DNA of 63,911 nucleotides, the filler included, from Basidiobolus ranarum (lineage: Eukaryota): assembly GCA_040143965.1 (NCBI GenBank). It is 9 parts of 9 records of this genome, joined end to end, with 100 filler letters (N's around TTAATTAATTAA, not from the genome) between each part and the next. Parts side by side here need not be neighbours in the genome. Positions count along the whole stretch, not along the records: positions 56,926 to 63,911 come from JASJQH010001197.1; 8 more parts are not named here. The stretch is one strand, 5' to 3'. A model generated the notes under the pieces. The model was not told the DNA's origin, made no database searches, and saw only the letters and a program-made list of their open reading frames with translations. Below, piece after piece: positions 61,921-63,911 of the stretch; the first letter of the stretch is position 1, and the number at the start of each line of letters is the position of its first letter. The position numbers were made by a program, and so were the translations under genes.

Positions 61921-62376
61921 TCATAGCAAAGATTCATATGTGGGAAGATGCTCGTCTGTATACAGTGGAAGAGGATCCAACCATTCCGGCGTTTCAAACA
62001 TTAAACGTTGTTGTGCGTTCCTTTCCATTTCTTCATCACCATTAATTTTAAATAAAGCTGGCCAAACTCCAATTACTCCTCTATAGAGATTGACCCCGAC
62101 GACAGCTATCAAGCATCCTCCAAACGCAAATATCATGGCAAGCAATCCCATCGAGAGTTTATTCGAATTGCTGGTGGCATGAAGCTCAGAACTATCTGCT
62201 TGTGAAGGAGGTAGATTTGATAAAGGAAATAGGAAGGCTAGTTGGCTACCCTGTCGAAGGTGAAGCTGTAGTCGCTGAGCAAGAGTCGTATTCAAACTAC
62301 CTATAAAGATCCATAAAGTGGCAAGCCACCAAGGCCGAGTGAAGTGAAAATCTGCAAACTGATACTTCATTTCCAT
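61921..62376 (-). CDS. Small membrane protein with C-terminal LPxY (PY-like) motifs
   Basis: Hydrophobic N-terminal segment, TM helix MGLLAMIFAFGGCLIAVVGV, tail LPLY...LPTY; start codon uncertain. Confidence 0.55.
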   Translation of the reverse strand: MEMKYQFADFHFTRPWWLATLWIFIGSLNTTLAQRLQLHLRQGSQLAFLFPLSNLPPSQADSSELHATSNSNKLSMGLLAMIFAFGGCLIAVVGVNLYRGVIGVWPALFKINGDEEMERNAQQRLMFETPEWLDPLPLYTDEHLPTYESLL

Positions 62377-63911
62377 GTTCACCAACAACTTGATCCTAGA
62401 TGCAACTCTAGCTTACACCTTTCGAAATAAGAGCTACCTACTTGCCTTGAGCAATCGAGATGCCAAAGCAAACGCTTATAACGGGGTTATTTTTCTGTCC
62501 GACATTAAAGTTCCATGATTCTAACCCAAAATAGTTGTAACCTTGATGTTTGATTTACTGCACTGAAAGGGATATACACTTCAACTTGAAATCTCTCCGA
62601 AGATGGAACTTAATGGTTTTATATGAATGGAACAAAACTGTCAACATTGGTAACAGGAATACGAACTAGATGATTTGCTGGTAATGGTAAGCAATTTGAA
62701 CACAAATTATGGAGACGATCAAAAGTATATCCAAACTTTGGTTCCAAAATCATTTTAAATATGCGACAGTAAAAAAATTGTGTTTCTTCAGAAAAAGGTA
62801 GTGGCTGGGTTAGTATATAGCGGTAGAAGAATGTCTAACTGAGGCCTATCACACTCAATAATCAAACCTCTTGACACGTTGGATTGCTACTTCGTATAGC
62901 ATATCTTGTAACCTTAACAGTGCTTGTTACCATGGTTTCTGGCATGCTAATATGAGTGGTGCTCTGCAACTATATCAAAATTCCTTTTAACTGGATTTTC
63001 ATATATTCTCTTCAGTAAGGAACCAAATGAAGCGAAGGTGAAAGATAAAACATGGATCGGATTGAACAAACCGAAGTATTTCATGGTCATTATCTACTCG
63101 TTGTGAATGAGATGTTTTTTGATCGACACTGGTATCTTAAAGGCTACAAGTTTCTAAAAAAGGTCGTAAAATGGATCCAGCGAAATTCGCAGTCTTATTG
63201 TGGATAAACGGTTTATACATTCGAATACCCTTTAGAATAAATTATCAGTATTTCCATTCGAAATACCGCAATCAACAGTCAATGATGACCATCCGCTTCT
63301 AGAGTCATGTTGCTATTAGACGATTTGGCTGCCCCTACATGCATGTCTATTGTGTTTAACCATCACATCTGAAGTCGGCCACGTTACAAATACCATCCAA
63401 TCTTAGTTTAATCACTCAATATATCTATTCTGAAGTAAAATCATCTGAAATGACTTGTCTATATTGCAATGTCTTATCAACTCTACCGTAGTCTTTTTGC
63501 CGTAGTAGATGCTCAGAAGATACAAATCTTCACTTGAACTCTCAAAGTAAAATTTTTAGAGCTTGACGGATGAAATATTTCCGCAGTAGGTTAGCGGTAA
63601 TCAGTGGAGAATGTGTATCCTCAATCAATCTAATTGGAGAGAAGGACTACTTGGGGTCACGATAATTATCGCGTAGAGTGGAATTTAAAATTACGAGAAT
63701 TTATGGCAAATCGGATGAGATTATAATCGATTTCTGAAAGATTATTATCCTAAATCTACTTCAAAATGCCCATTGGTTTCTAGTCCCCAAATTCATTCGT
63801 CACCCTGTTTTGAAGCCTTCGAAATTCAAAATTTTTACTTGATAGCTGCACTAACTTTACAGCCACTCTATTCTGCACTTTCACCACCGCTTCTTCATTA
63901 CAAATGGCTTC

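Overview
Eukaryotic, intron-containing, AT-rich DNA, most consistent with an early-diverging fungus (Basidiobolus-like Zoopagomycota/Mucoromycota; the taxon is an inference). The window is NOT one locus. It is nine unrelated ~7-kb contigs (7044, 7041, 7031, 7017, 7003, 7002, 6997, 6990, 6986 bp, strictly decreasing) joined by 100-bp N44-TTAATTAATTAA-N44 linkers, so no neighbourhood claim can cross a gap. Contents by contig: (1) RPS3 with a candidate intronic box C/D snoRNA, PP2A scaffold subunit A, an AEC/PILS-family transporter and a hexokinase 3' end. (2) A tandem array of at least four secreted, intron-containing, bacterial-type ABC solute-binding protein genes. (3) SFSWAP, Tma17/Adc17-like, twin-CX9C and small 4-TM genes. 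(4) An amino-acid permease 5' end, an MIF/tautomerase and a solo LTR. (5, 8) Nested, CpG-depleted Ty1/Copia relics with Ty5/hemivirus-type half-tRNAiMet primer sites, plus a Ty3/Gypsy relic. (6) An orphan 377-aa ORF and a degenerate 84-bp tandem array bracketed by a segmental duplication. (7) A fatty-acid elongase, a trihelix/Myb-SANT factor and solo LTRs. (9) A Scw1/Whi3-like RRM protein, an SH3 protein and a PY-motif membrane protein. The best leads are the solute-binding protein array, the orphan snoRNA candidate and the 84-bp array.
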